From the IMG/VR virus record IMGVR_UViG_2740892609_000001, positions 1,688-65,687 of that record: DNA of 64,000 bases; one strand, 5' to 3'. Shown piece by piece: positions 28,093 to 38,337 of this stretch. The notes beneath the pieces were generated by a model. It did no database searches. It saw only the letters and a list, made by a program, of their open reading frames with translations, and was not told where the DNA came from. The DNA comes from a virus (lineage: Duplodnaviria > Caudoviricetes). Both the position numbers and the translations under genes were made by a program. Within the stretch, counting starts at the first letter, position 1; every line of letters begins with the position of its first letter.

Positions 28093-31000
28093 GTGTCGTT
28101 CCCCGTGGGCACCCCCGTCGTGACGTTCGTCGGTACCCTTCCGTCCGCTGTGGCCGGTACCCCGTTCCAGGGCCGCCTCGTTCTCACCCCGTCCGCGTAC
28201 CTTGTGGACTCCGGCCGTAATGCCGTCTATGCAGGTGGCGGGTCGGTGCCGATCACGAACGGCAGCTTCTCCGTTCAGGTCCTGCCCTGCGACGCGGCAG
28301 GCGTGCAGCCGACCGGCTGGCGGTGGCGCGTCGACATCCAGCCCACCGGCGGCAAGCGCATCCAGTTCTGGGCCAACATCACCGGCACCGGCACCGTCGA
28401 TCTCGCCGACCTCACTCCCGTTCCGGCCCCCAACGGCGGCTCTTCGGGCGGCGGCGGGGGCGCCGTCTCCTCGGTCAACGGGATGACCGGGACGGTCGTC
28501 CTCGACGCCGACGACGTCGACGCGGACCCGGAAGGGACCGCGGCGGCAGCCGTGTCCGCCCACGAGGCCGACACGACGGGCGTGCACGGCATCGCCGACA
28601 CGGCAACCCTGGTCGTCACCACTGACCCGCGGCTCTCTGACGCCCGCACCCCCGCCACGCACGCCGCCTCGCACGCTGCGGCCGGCTCCGATCCGGTGAA
28701 CCTGGCGCAGTCCCAGATCTCCGGCCTAGTCGCCGCCATCGCCGCCCTGTTGCCGAAGGCCGGCGGCACGGTCACCGGCGACCTCACCGTTGACGGCGCT
28801 AACCTCACCGTCACGCGCGCAGACGACAGTGGCGCTTACCGGCTGCGTGTCACCGGCGGCGGCCTCGACTTCGAGATCGCCGGGCTGGACGTCACCGTCA
28901 GCCATTGGCAGAACCCCGACTTCACGGGCACCCAGTCCAACGTCATGCGATGGGAGGCGGCCGGCCCGCACCTCATCGGCCGCACCCAGTTCGGCACCTC
29001 GCCCTTCGACACCGTCCACGACCTTGACGCCGGCACCGGCGTCGCCGCGGTCGGCAAGAAGAACAGCCTGAGCAACATCCGCTTCTGCGGGCGCCGCGCC
29101 AGCACGGGGGCGCCGACCAGCGGCACATGGTCCGCCGGGGACACCGTGCAGGACTCGGCGGGCGCACTGTGGCTGTGTACCGCAGGCGGTACTCCCGGCA
29201 CCTGGGTGGGCGGCGGGATCGATCCGTGGGTCTTCGACGTCACCGCCTACGGTGCCCTCGGTAACGGCAAGGTCGCCTCCGACGCGGCCATGACGTCAGG
29301 CAGCGCCGTCCTTACCTGCTCGACTAGCACCCCGTTCGCCGCGGGCGACGTCGGCAAGAACGTCTTGGTCCTTGGGGCTGGAGCCTCGGGCGAGACGCTG
29401 GTCGGCACGATCTCGGCGTACACCGACAGCAGCCACGTCACGCTGTCCGCGACCGCGGGCAGCAGCGTCTCCGGCGTGCCTGCGATGTGGGCCAGCGACG
29501 ACACCGCAGCCATCCAGGCCGCAGTCGACGCGGCAGTCGCCTACGCCAACGCCCACGCAGGCGCGGCCACCGTCCTCATACCGCCTGCCGCCAACAGTTT
29601 CTACGGCGTGGCGGGCGCCCTCAAGACCGGCGGCAGCACGCTCGGCAATGCGCAGATCGCGCTGCCCGTCGTGCCCGCCACCGGCCGCAAGCTCACCCTG
29701 TCCATCCAGGGCGCGCACACGGGGGCTGGCGTCCAGCACTGGCAGCAGAGCGTCCCGAACACGACCGGCAGCACGCTGGTCTCCTTCGGTCTGTTCGCGA
29801 ACTCGACGGCCCAAACGAACTCGATCAACGCGGCAGGCAACCCGGCAGTCATCGGTGGCCCGTCACAGCCCGGCGGCTATGGCGTTGCGCCCGGCAACTT
29901 CTCGAACCTGTACGTGGACATCGGCGACCTGTCGATCCTGACCTGCCACAGCAAATTCGGACTCACGTACACGGCAATCGACCTGTCTGGCGTTGCCAAC
30001 GCCCAGCTACGGGACGGCCAGACCAGCACCACCGGCGTCGTCGCCCCGCCCGCGGGCAGCTACGTCTCCCCGGGCGTCTTCGCGACCGGGCTGTCCATCG
30101 GGATCCTCCTGCCGGCCAACGGCAACAACGACTGCACGATCCTCCGCAACTGGACGATCGGCGGCGGCTACACCTACGGTCTGCTCGCCACCGAGCACAC
30201 CGACATCTACGGGCTGCGGATCCTCTACTGCTGGGCCGCGCTCTGCCCGGTCGGTACGTACTACAGCTCGGTCGGGGCGGCTCACTCGATCAACGGGTCG
30301 TTGATCAGCATCGAGCAGTGCACCTACTTGATCTACGTGTTCGGCCCCGCCACGGGCGGCCTCGGGCCGACCATGTACCTGAAGATCGACACCGAGACGA
30401 GCACGCCCCGGTTCGGCGACCGCACCAGCGGAACCGGCCTGGCCGCAGCCCGCGGTGAAGTCGTCCTCGCCGGCCTTTTCACGCCGTCCGGACTCACGCT
30501 CGATGCGCCGACCGGCCTGAGGATCCGCAACAGTCAACTGACCTACCCGATCGCGACCAAGACAGCGAACTACACCGCCACCAGCTTCGACGAGCACATC
30601 GCCGTTGACGCCAGCGCAGGTGCCGTCACGATCACCCTGCCGACCGCGGTAGGCCGCACCGACCCCATCACGGTCAAGAAGACGGACTCCAGCGCCAACG
30701 CGGTCACCATCGACGCGGCCGGCTCGGAGACCATCGATGGGCAGCTCATCAAGCGCCTCGACGCGCAGTGGGACTATGCGACCCTCGTACCGTCCGGCAG
30801 CGGCTGGTACGTCAAGGCCGCCCCCACCGTCACCGTGTGGCGGCGCCGTAACCTGCCCGACCCGGTGCTCGTCGACAGCCTCTACTCCGGAACGGCGCCC
30901 AGCATCAGCGTCGTCCAGACCAGCACCCCCACCGCGGGATACATCAAGTACGCGCCCGCAGGCGCGGCGATCAGCGGTAGCGACGTCACCGGCCCGTTCA

Positions 31001-32031
31001 CGTACCTCGGAGCCGGGGGATTCCAGATCGGATCCGGCACCCCCGACTCGACCTACGTCCTGCCGACCAGCCGCTACCCCAACACCCGCGGCAGCCTCAC
31101 CAGCAGCCAGTCGGTGTGGTCGCTGGAGTTCGGATGCGACACGCAGATCTTCCAGCTGCGCTTCAACTACCAGACCGCCGGGATGTACCGCCTGTCGATC
31201 GACGGGAGGCGCGTCACCGAGCTCATGCAGGCCGTCGGCGGCACCACCGCCGGCAGCACCCACCTCATGACCGTCGACCTCGGCAGCGCGGCCCCCCGCG
31301 TGATCCGGTTCGACTTCTACACCGTCCCGTTCGGCGGGGTCTACCTGCAGCCCACTGCCACCATGTGGTCCTCCGTCCCCAACGGCGGCCGCTTCATGGT
31401 CTTCGGCGACAGCCTCTCCGACGGGTCCGCCATCAACACCGGCGGCGGAGCCGGCACCTGGGTCCAGCGGGCCGCCAAGCTCCTCGGCTCCAACGACTTC
31501 TGGGACGAAGCCCGCGGCGGCACCGGCTACATCACAGCCGGCTCCTTCGCCACCCTCGCCAACCGGGTAGCCACTGACGTTGTCGCCTGGAACCCAGACC
31601 GCCTCGTCATTTGGGCTGGCTACAACGACAACGGCGGAGTCCAGGGAGACATCGCCACCGCAGCAGCGAGCCTGTACGCGACCATCAAGGCCGGCCTACC
31701 CAACACCACGGTCTACGTCATCGGCTGCTGGTCGCCGAGCGGTAGCCCTGCAGCCAGTCTCACGAACACCGACGCCACGCTGAGGACCGCAGCAGCAAGC
31801 GCCGGCTTCCCCTTCATCAGCCCCATCACCGGATCGATCTACAACGGAGCCGGCACTCTGGTGGCCACCCACGGCGGATGGATCACCGGCACCGGACGCG
31901 TCGGCGCGACCACAGGCAGCGGCAATGCCGACGGCTACATCGGCACCGATGCTGTCCACCCCACCGATGCTGGTCACATCTACCTGGCACGAAGGATCGC
32001 CGGGGCGATCCGGGAGCTCATGCCCGCCTAG
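28093..32031 (+). CDS. Tailspike/fibre-like protein with pectate-lyase-like beta-helix and SGNH esterase
   Basis: AVSSVNGMTGTVVL; FDVTAYGA...DDTAAIQAAVD; FGDSL, GGTGY, GYND, DAVHP. Confidence 0.8.
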   Translation: MSFPVGTPVVTFVGTLPSAVAGTPFQGRLVLTPSAYLVDSGRNAVYAGGGSVPITNGSFSVQVLPCDAAGVQPTGWRWRVDIQPTGGKRIQFWANITGTGTVDLADLTPVPAPNGGSSGGGGGAVSSVNGMTGTVVLDADDVDADPEGTAAAAVSAHEADTTGVHGIADTATLVVTTDPRLSDARTPATHAASHAAAGSDPVNLAQSQISGLVAAIAALLPKAGGTVTGDLTVDGANLTVTRADDSGAYRLRVTGGGLDFEIAGLDVTVSHWQNPDFTGTQSNVMRWEAAGPHLIGRTQFGTSPFDTVHDLDAGTGVAAVGKKNSLSNIRFCGRRASTGAPTSGTWSAGDTVQDSAGALWLCTAGGTPGTWVGGGIDPWVFDVTAYGALGNGKVASDAAMTSGSAVLTCSTSTPFAAGDVGKNVLVLGAGASGETLVGTISAYTDSSHVTLSATAGSSVSGVPAMWASDDTAAIQAAVDAAVAYANAHAGAATVLIPPAANSFYGVAGALKTGGSTLGNAQIALPVVPATGRKLTLSIQGAHTGAGVQHWQQSVPNTTGSTLVSFGLFANSTAQTNSINAAGNPAVIGGPSQPGGYGVAPGNFSNLYVDIGDLSILTCHSKFGLTYTAIDLSGVANAQLRDGQTSTTGVVAPPAGSYVSPGVFATGLSIGILLPANGNNDCTILRNWTIGGGYTYGLLATEHTDIYGLRILYCWAALCPVGTYYSSVGAAHSINGSLISIEQCTYLIYVFGPATGGLGPTMYLKIDTETSTPRFGDRTSGTGLAAARGEVVLAGLFTPSGLTLDAPTGLRIRNSQLTYPIATKTANYTATSFDEHIAVDASAGAVTITLPTAVGRTDPITVKKTDSSANAVTIDAAGSETIDGQLIKRLDAQWDYATLVPSGSGWYVKAAPTVTVWRRRNLPDPVLVDSLYSGTAPSISVVQTSTPTAGYIKYAPAGAAISGSDVTGPFTYLGAGGFQIGSGTPDSTYVLPTSRYPNTRGSLTSSQSVWSLEFGCDTQIFQLRFNYQTAGMYRLSIDGRRVTELMQAVGGTTAGSTHLMTVDLGSAAPRVIRFDFYTVPFGGVYLQPTATMWSSVPNGGRFMVFGDSLSDGSAINTGGGAGTWVQRAAKLLGSNDFWDEARGGTGYITAGSFATLANRVATDVVAWNPDRLVIWAGYNDNGGVQGDIATAAASLYATIKAGLPNTTVYVIGCWSPSGSPAASLTNTDATLRTAAASAGFPFISPITGSIYNGAGTLVATHGGWITGTGRVGATTGSGNADGYIGTDAVHPTDAGHIYLARRIAGAIRELMPA

Positions 32032-32249
32032 TCTTCGCCCTTCCGCCACGGCCTGTCGCCGGGACGCAGCAGCGTCTCCGGCGGCTTGCCGGTCGCACGT
32101 CGCTGGCCGGCCGTTGACGCACCGACGAACACGATCATCAACAAGCCAACGACAGCCACCGGCCAAGGCAGGAACAGCCCGCTGATCAACAGCAGCAGGC
32201 CCACGGCCAGCAGTCCTCTTGCCCAGTCCGGACCCTGATGCTCAGCCAT
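32028..32249 (-). CDS. Small two-TM membrane protein (moron-like)
   Basis: GGAG RBS; long hydrophobic stretch; antisense to the late genes. Confidence 0.55.
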   Translation of the reverse strand: MAEHQGPDWARGLLAVGLLLLISGLFLPWPVAVVGLLMIVFVGASTAGQRRATGKPPETLLRPGDRPWRKGED

Positions 32250-32301
32250 CTCGGCTCCCTCCATCGAGATCGCACACGGTACGCGCAGGGAGGCGGACAC
32301 G

Positions 32302-32661
32302 GTGGCCAGACGGACAGGATGGCGGGTGTGCTCAATCCCGGGCTGCCCGGAGTACACCGACCAGGGCGGTCGCTGCCCAGATCACAGACAGCAGGCCGAG
32401 GCCAAGCGTGGCAGCGCACGACAGCGCGGCTACGGACGTGAGCACGAGCAGACGTTCAGGCCTGGCGTGCTGGCGAGGGACAGGATCTGCGTCCTCTGCC
32501 GGCAAGCGCCCGCTGTCCACGCTGACCACCACCCGCTCAGCCGGCGAGAGCTGGTCGAGCAAGGCCTCGACCCCAACGACCCGAAGCACGGACGTGGTCT
32601 GTGCGGGCCGTGCCACAGCAGCGAGACGGCGAGGCACCAGCCCGGAGGGTGGCACGCATGA
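32302..32661 (+). CDS. Terminase-associated HNH endonuclease
   Basis: CSIPGCP...RGSARQRGYG...CVLC...ADHH...GLCGPCHS. Confidence 0.9.
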   Translation: MARRTGWRVCSIPGCPEYTDQGGRCPDHRQQAEAKRGSARQRGYGREHEQTFRPGVLARDRICVLCRQAPAVHADHHPLSRRELVEQGLDPNDPKHGRGLCGPCHSSETARHQPGGWHA

Positions 32662-32912
32662 AGCACCGGCTGCAGGTCGAGACTGAGGGGCCGCACAAGG
32701 CGCGGCTCCTGCTCGACGAGCAGGACATCAGTCGTGGCGTGACAGGCCTGACTCTGAGGCTGGGAGTCGGTGCAGTCCCGACGGCTGAGCTCGAGCTGGT
32801 CCTGCTCGACACCACGCGCATCGACTCGCTCGACACGGAGATCACGATGCCCAGTGCCACGCGAGACGCGCTGGTCGCCCTCGGTTGGACACCGCCCGAG
32901 GAGCCGGCCTGA
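32658..32912 (+). CDS. Hypothetical phage protein
   Basis: ATGA coupling; ALVALGWTPP. Confidence 0.6.
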   Translation: MKHRLQVETEGPHKARLLLDEQDISRGVTGLTLRLGVGAVPTAELELVLLDTTRIDSLDTEITMPSATRDALVALGWTPPEEPA

Positions 32913-32968
32913 CGGTTGGCTGGGCTTTCGGCCGCAGGCCAGGCTGCCGGCCTGCCGAGGTCGAAGGT

Positions 32969-33245
32969 GATCACGGTCAGGCTTGCTGATCACTGCACAC
33001 ATGATCACCGCAGTGGATCAGCTAGATCATCTCAACGATGATCACGTTACACAAAGTGACGATCTTGATTAAGTTACCCGGGGGTAGACCCCCATGATCA
33101 TTTCGATCAGGACCGCCGGGGAGGTGGCTGCCCGTCTCTACGGGTCTGGCACCCCCGGCGATCTTGAAATGCACTACCCAACGTGACCTCGCGCCGGCCG
33201 CAACGGCCAGCGCCATCGTGCCGCAACGGCACCAGGAGAGTGATC
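32969..33245. promoter_or_regulatory. Putative cos/packaging region
   Basis: AT-richer region between HNH and small terminase; 11 GATC copies; GGGGG-taga-CCCCC then ACCGCCGGGGAG. Confidence 0.6.
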
Positions 33246-33247
33246 AC

Positions 33248-33739
33248 ATGGCAGGGATGGGACCTCCTCCCAAGCCGGCCGGGCAGCGGCGGCGGAGCAA
33301 TGCCACCATCGCGATGACCCAGCTGCCGGCCGAGGGCAGGATGAAGGAAGCCCCGAGGTACCCGCTGCCGCCGGTCGTCGTAAGCGACGACGATGGCGGC
33401 TCGGAGATGGCCCGGGAGCGTGAGGCCGAGCTGTGGGAGTCCCTCTGGGAGACTCCTCAGGCGGTCATGTGGGAGCGGACGCACGCCGTGCTGACCGTGG
33501 CCCGCTTCGTCCGCTTCTCGGTGCTGGCCGAGGCTGGCAACGTCAAGGCCGCTACCGAGGCCCGGCAGTTGGAGGACCGGCTCGGGCTCAACCCGCAGGC
33601 CATGCTCCGGCTCCGCTGGGAGGTGGCGGCCGACGAGGTAGCCGATCAGCGGCAGGAGCGAACGTCCAGGGCGACCACAGTCAAGACGGCGAGGCAGCGC
33701 CTGAGGGTGGTCGACGCCGATGCCGTGGCGGGGTCCTGA
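33248..33739 (+). CDS. Terminase small subunit
   Basis: MAGMGPPPKP...RRRSN...LWETPQA...EARQLEDRLGLNP; precedes terL. Confidence 0.85.
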   Translation: MAGMGPPPKPAGQRRRSNATIAMTQLPAEGRMKEAPRYPLPPVVVSDDDGGSEMAREREAELWESLWETPQAVMWERTHAVLTVARFVRFSVLAEAGNVKAATEARQLEDRLGLNPQAMLRLRWEVAADEVADQRQERTSRATTVKTARQRLRVVDADAVAGS

Positions 33740-35291
33740 TCATCCGGGCGAGTTTCCTTCGTTGGGCTGGGCGGTCGGCGAGTGGATCGAGGCGCACTGC
33801 GTCATCCCCGACGGTGACCAGATCGGCGATCCGTACCTGCTGACCGACGAGATGTGGACCTTCCTGGCCTGGCACTACCGGCTCCGGCTGGATGCCACCG
33901 AGGAGGGCTGGCGGTCGGCCTGGTCCTATCGTCGCTCGCAGCTGGTTCGCCCGCAGAAGTGGGGCAAGGGCCCGCTGACATGTGCGATGGTCTGCGCGGA
34001 AGCGGCCGGCCCGGTGCGGTTCGCCGGCTGGGATGCCGCCGGGGAGCCGGTTGGCAGGGCCTGGGAGACGCCGTGGATCCAGATCGCGGCCACGTCCGAG
34101 GACCAGACCGACAACGTCTATCGCGCGCTCGTGCCGATGATCGACGAGGGCCCGCTCGCCAATCTCATCCCGGATACGGGCGAGACGCGGATCAACGTCC
34201 CTGGCGGCGGTCGCATTGAGCCGGTCACCAGCTCGGGGCGGGCCCGGCTTGGCCAGCGCATCACGTTCGCCGTCCAGGATGAGACGCATAGCTGGCTTGA
34301 GGCCAACGGCGGCTGGAAGCTCGCGGAGACCCAACGCCGCAACCTCTCGGGCACGGGTGGCCGCGCGGTGGAGACGACCAACGCCTGGGACCCGTCGGAG
34401 CAGTCGGTGGCCCAGCGGACCGCGGAGGCATCGGTCAAGGACGTGTACCGCGACCACCGGGTCCCGGCGCCGGCGTCGCTCGCCAATAAGCGGGAGCGGC
34501 ACAAGGCGCTGAGGGTCGCCTACGGGGACTCGTCGGTGCTTGTTGGCGGCTGGGTAGACCTGGACCGGATCGACGGCGAGCTCGTCGAGATCGCCGAGAA
34601 GGACCCGGCGCAGGCCGAACGTTTCTACCTGAACCGGATCGTGGCCGGCACCGGCGCATACCTCGATGGCGACCGCTGGGATCTGCTCCGCGAAGAGCGG
34701 GAAGTGCCCGCCGGAACCGCAGTGACGCTCGGCTTCGACGGCTCGGACATCGACGACTGGACCGGGATCCGCCTTGAGACCCTGGACGGCTACCAGTTCA
34801 CGCCGACCTACGGGCCCGACCGACTTCCCACGGTCTGGAACCCGAGGGACTGGGGCGGTCAGGTACCGCGCCTGGACGTCATGGCCGCCTTTGATGAGGT
34901 CTTCGCGACGTACAGCGTGGTGCGCGCCTACCTGGACCCGCCGTACTGGGAGTCAGAGGTCGACTCGCTCGCCGAGAAGCATGGCGAGAAGGTCGTCACC
35001 CGCTGGTACACCAACCGGATCGCGCAGATGCACGGCGCGGCCGAGCGGCTGGCCACCGATGTGTCGAAGAAGGACTCGACGCTCCGGCACGACGGCTGCC
35101 AGTGGGCTGGCCAGCACCTGCGGAACATGCGCAAGGGTGCAAGGCCGGCTGGCCGGTACGTCCTGAAGAAGGCTTCCGAGGCTCAGAAGATCGACCTTGG
35201 AATGTGTTCGATCCTCGCCCATGAAGCGGCTGGCGACGCCATCGCAGCCGGCCAGGCCAAGACGAAGAGGCGCCGCGCCCGCGGCTTCTGA
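33720..35291 (+). CDS. Terminase large subunit
   Basis: RPQKWGKGP; AATSEDQT; QDETH; LGFDGS..DD; KIDL. Confidence 0.95.
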   Translation: MPWRGPDHPGEFPSLGWAVGEWIEAHCVIPDGDQIGDPYLLTDEMWTFLAWHYRLRLDATEEGWRSAWSYRRSQLVRPQKWGKGPLTCAMVCAEAAGPVRFAGWDAAGEPVGRAWETPWIQIAATSEDQTDNVYRALVPMIDEGPLANLIPDTGETRINVPGGGRIEPVTSSGRARLGQRITFAVQDETHSWLEANGGWKLAETQRRNLSGTGGRAVETTNAWDPSEQSVAQRTAEASVKDVYRDHRVPAPASLANKRERHKALRVAYGDSSVLVGGWVDLDRIDGELVEIAEKDPAQAERFYLNRIVAGTGAYLDGDRWDLLREEREVPAGTAVTLGFDGSDIDDWTGIRLETLDGYQFTPTYGPDRLPTVWNPRDWGGQVPRLDVMAAFDEVFATYSVVRAYLDPPYWESEVDSLAEKHGEKVVTRWYTNRIAQMHGAAERLATDVSKKDSTLRHDGCQWAGQHLRNMRKGARPAGRYVLKKASEAQKIDLGMCSILAHEAAGDAIAAGQAKTKRRRARGF

Positions 35292-35306
35292 CCGAAGGGG
35301 GGCCAG

Positions 35307-36680
35307 ATGCCGCAGCCCCCTGCCGTTCAGTCGCCGGAGTGGTGGCGCGACCGCCTGTATGCCGCACTGTGCAAGCGGACGGAGCGGACGAATCTCTACG
35401 ACGACTACTACGAGGGCGAACACCGCCTGCCCCATCTCCATGAGAAGGCTCGCCGCCCGTTCCAGCGACTTCTGCGCATGTCGCGGGCGAACTACTGCCA
35501 GCTCGTGGTCGATGCCCTTGTAGGGCGTCTTGAGGTGGCGGGGTTCCAATCGGACATCGATGGCGAGGCTGACGACAGGGCTTGGGCGTTGTGGCAGGAC
35601 AACAACCTTGACTCAGGGAGCCAGCTGGGCTTCCTGGAGGCCGCGATCAGGGGGAACGCCTATCTGTTGGTGGCTCCAGAGAAGGGTTCTTTCCGGATCA
35701 CGCCGGAGCACCCTACTCAGGTGATCACCGAGGCTGTTCCTGGGTCTTCCTACGACCAGGCTGCTGGCTTCAAGCTGTGGATCGACGACTGGACGGCCAG
35801 GCTGTGCAGCACGATCTATTTGCCGGACCGGGTCTACAAGTTCCAGGCGCCTGAGCCGCGCGCCGGCGAGAAGCCTCGCTGGGAACGCCGGGAGGTGGCA
35901 GGCGAAGAGTGGGGAGGCAAGAACGTTCTCGGTGCGGTGCCTTTCGGTGAGCTGGCCAACCGGCCTCGGATGCTGAAACCCGGCGCCAGTGAACTGGAGT
36001 CCGTGATCGACATCCAGGACCGCGCGAACAAGACGCTCGGGGACCGGATGATGACGCAGGAGGCGGCGGCGTTTCCTGGCAAGTGGGCCACGGGACTAGA
36101 GATCCCGGTTGATGAGAACGGCCAGGAGATCGAGCCGTTCGATGTGGCAGTCAACAAGATCCTGATCGCCGAGGATGCTGGCGCCAAGTTCGGCCAGTTC
36201 GCGGCCGCCGACCTCAGCGGTTACCTCAAGGCGAAGGAGGCGGACATCCATGACATCGCTGCGATCACCTCGACTCCGCCGCACTACCTCCTCGGATCCA
36301 TGGTCAATCTCAGCGCCGAGGCCCTGAAGGCCGCCGAGGCAGGCCTGATCCACAAGATCTATCAGCGGCGCCGTTTCCTCGAGGAGGGCCTGGAGCGGAC
36401 GATGCGGCTGGCGGGGATCGCATCATCACAGGCCCGCATCGTCTGGAAGTCCCCGGAATGGCGAACCGAGGGCGAACTCGTCGACGCGCTGATGAAGATG
36501 TCCAGCCTCGGCGTGCCGCGGGAGGTGCTGTGGGAGCGCTGGGGGGCGACGCCCCAGGAGATCGAGCGATGGCGGCAGATGAACGAGGAATCGCTACAGC
36601 GGGCCATGTCTGGCGATTTCGCCGCGGAGTACGGGCCGAAGCCCCCGGCTGACGTGCCTCCTGCGCCGGTCGAGGCATGA
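35307..36680 (+). CDS. Portal protein (SPP1 gp6-like)
   Basis: YYEG...NYCQLVVDA...WQDNNLD...TPPHYL...SAEALKAAE. Confidence 0.93.
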   Translation: MPQPPAVQSPEWWRDRLYAALCKRTERTNLYDDYYEGEHRLPHLHEKARRPFQRLLRMSRANYCQLVVDALVGRLEVAGFQSDIDGEADDRAWALWQDNNLDSGSQLGFLEAAIRGNAYLLVAPEKGSFRITPEHPTQVITEAVPGSSYDQAAGFKLWIDDWTARLCSTIYLPDRVYKFQAPEPRAGEKPRWERREVAGEEWGGKNVLGAVPFGELANRPRMLKPGASELESVIDIQDRANKTLGDRMMTQEAAAFPGKWATGLEIPVDENGQEIEPFDVAVNKILIAEDAGAKFGQFAAADLSGYLKAKEADIHDIAAITSTPPHYLLGSMVNLSAEALKAAEAGLIHKIYQRRRFLEEGLERTMRLAGIASSQARIVWKSPEWRTEGELVDALMKMSSLGVPREVLWERWGATPQEIERWRQMNEESLQRAMSGDFAAEYGPKPPADVPPAPVEA

Positions 36681-37690
36681 CCGGGTCTACGGAGGCGCAG
36701 CAGATTGCGGTCGCTCAGTATGTCCGCCAGCAGAGGGTCGTCCGCTCGGCAGCTGATCGGGCGCAAGCATTCTGGCGGAGGCTCCGCCTGACGGACATCG
36801 AGGGCTCATGGCAGGCGATCGTGGCGCCTGGCCTGCTTACGTCCGTCACCGCCGCGCAGCGTGAGGCGGCATCCCACGCTGACTCCTATGTCGCGGCCGT
36901 TCTGGCGGCAGACGGCCTCGACTCTGACCCGTCCGGGAAGTTGGCGGCCGGCCGCTTCGCAGGCACCGCGGCGGACGGCCGTCCGCTGAAGTCGCTGTTC
37001 TACGAGTCGGTACTGGAGACACGATGGCTGATGGAGGAGGCCGACGCGTCGGATGTCGAGGCGATGATCGGCGGGCTGGAGAAGCTCCTAAGGGCTGTGT
37101 CGACTGAGGTAGCCGATGCCGGCCGTACCGCGACTGGCGCCTCGATCGCTGGCAACCGGACGATCAACGGGTACATCCGAGTGGTCAATCCGCCCTCCTG
37201 CTCCCGGTGTTTGATTTTGGCCGGCAAGGAGTACGGCTGGAACGCCGGCTTCCAAAGGCACCCGAAGTGCGACTGCATTCATATACCCGCCAAGCTGATC
37301 AAGCGGGGCGGCCGTCAGCCTGGCGTCCTCGATGTCCAGCGCTACTTCGGGAGCCTCTCGGCCGCCGAACAGAACCGGATCTTCACCAACGCCGGAGCGC
37401 AGGCCATCCGTGACGGGGCCAGCATCTCCAGCGTCGTGAACGCCCGCCGCGGCATGTACACCGCGAACGCCTATGGGCGCAGCGTGCAGGCTACCCGCGA
37501 CTCGGCCACCCGCCGCGGCGCCTGGTTCCGCCAGGAGCGCCAGCGCGCCATTCAGCGCGGTCTCGTGCCGCGGTCGGGGCAAGGGTTTCGCCTCATGAGC
37601 CCCCGGCTCCTGCCGGAGGAGATCTACCGCCTGGCCGGCAGCCGCAGCGAGGCCATCGCCATGCTGCACCGCTTCGGCTATCTGACCTGA
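36677..37690 (+). CDS. Minor head/capsid maturation protein (MuF-like)
   Basis: ADGRPL...CSRCLILAG...FQRHPKCDC. Confidence 0.8.
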   Translation: MTGSTEAQQIAVAQYVRQQRVVRSAADRAQAFWRRLRLTDIEGSWQAIVAPGLLTSVTAAQREAASHADSYVAAVLAADGLDSDPSGKLAAGRFAGTAADGRPLKSLFYESVLETRWLMEEADASDVEAMIGGLEKLLRAVSTEVADAGRTATGASIAGNRTINGYIRVVNPPSCSRCLILAGKEYGWNAGFQRHPKCDCIHIPAKLIKRGGRQPGVLDVQRYFGSLSAAEQNRIFTNAGAQAIRDGASISSVVNARRGMYTANAYGRSVQATRDSATRRGAWFRQERQRAIQRGLVPRSGQGFRLMSPRLLPEEIYRLAGSRSEAIAMLHRFGYLT

Positions 37691-37739
37691 CCCTGGCGCA
37701 AGGCCTCGGGTCATCGATCCCGCAATGGGAGACCTCACC

Positions 37740-38282
37740 ATGTCTGAAATCTCAGCAGAACCTGCCGCCCCCGAGGGCGGCTCTCAGATCGATCCGTCTG
37801 CTCTGCCCGAGGCTGACGCCGACGCCCCGCTCGGGCCGGCCGGCGAGAAGGCTCTCGACGAGTGGAAGCGGCGAGCGAAGGACGCCGAACGGGCGAGCAG
37901 GGACCAGGCCAAGCGCCTGCAGGCGATCGAGGACCGCGACAAGACCGAAGTCCAGAAGGCCTCCGAGCGAGCCGAGGCAGCCGAGAAGCGCGCCGCCGCA
38001 ATGGCCCAGCGCACCGTCCGCGCCGAGGTGCGGGCTCTCGCGGCGGCGACGTTCGCGGACCCGTCCGATGCCGCGGCGTTCCTCGACCCCAGCGATTTCG
38101 TGGATGACGACGGCGACGTCGACTCCAAGAAGGTCGAGAAGGCCCTCGCGGAGCTCCTCAAGCGCAAGCCGCACCTGGCCAAGGAGCAGGCGCCGCCCTC
38201 CTTCGACGGCGGCGCCCGCACAACGGCGGGTGCGCCGACCGACATGAACGCCCTGATCCGCCAGAAGGCAGGTCTGGGCTGA
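37740..38282 (+). CDS. Scaffolding protein
   Basis: LGPAGEKAL, coiled coil, KPHL, DMNALIR. Confidence 0.85.
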   Translation: MSEISAEPAAPEGGSQIDPSALPEADADAPLGPAGEKALDEWKRRAKDAERASRDQAKRLQAIEDRDKTEVQKASERAEAAEKRAAAMAQRTVRAEVRALAAATFADPSDAAAFLDPSDFVDDDGDVDSKKVEKALAELLKRKPHLAKEQAPPSFDGGARTTAGAPTDMNALIRQKAGLG

Positions 38283-38337
38283 CCCATCTCCGGCAGGGCG
38301 AGGTCCGGCCGGCTACGAGAAATGAGAGGGCCGGACC

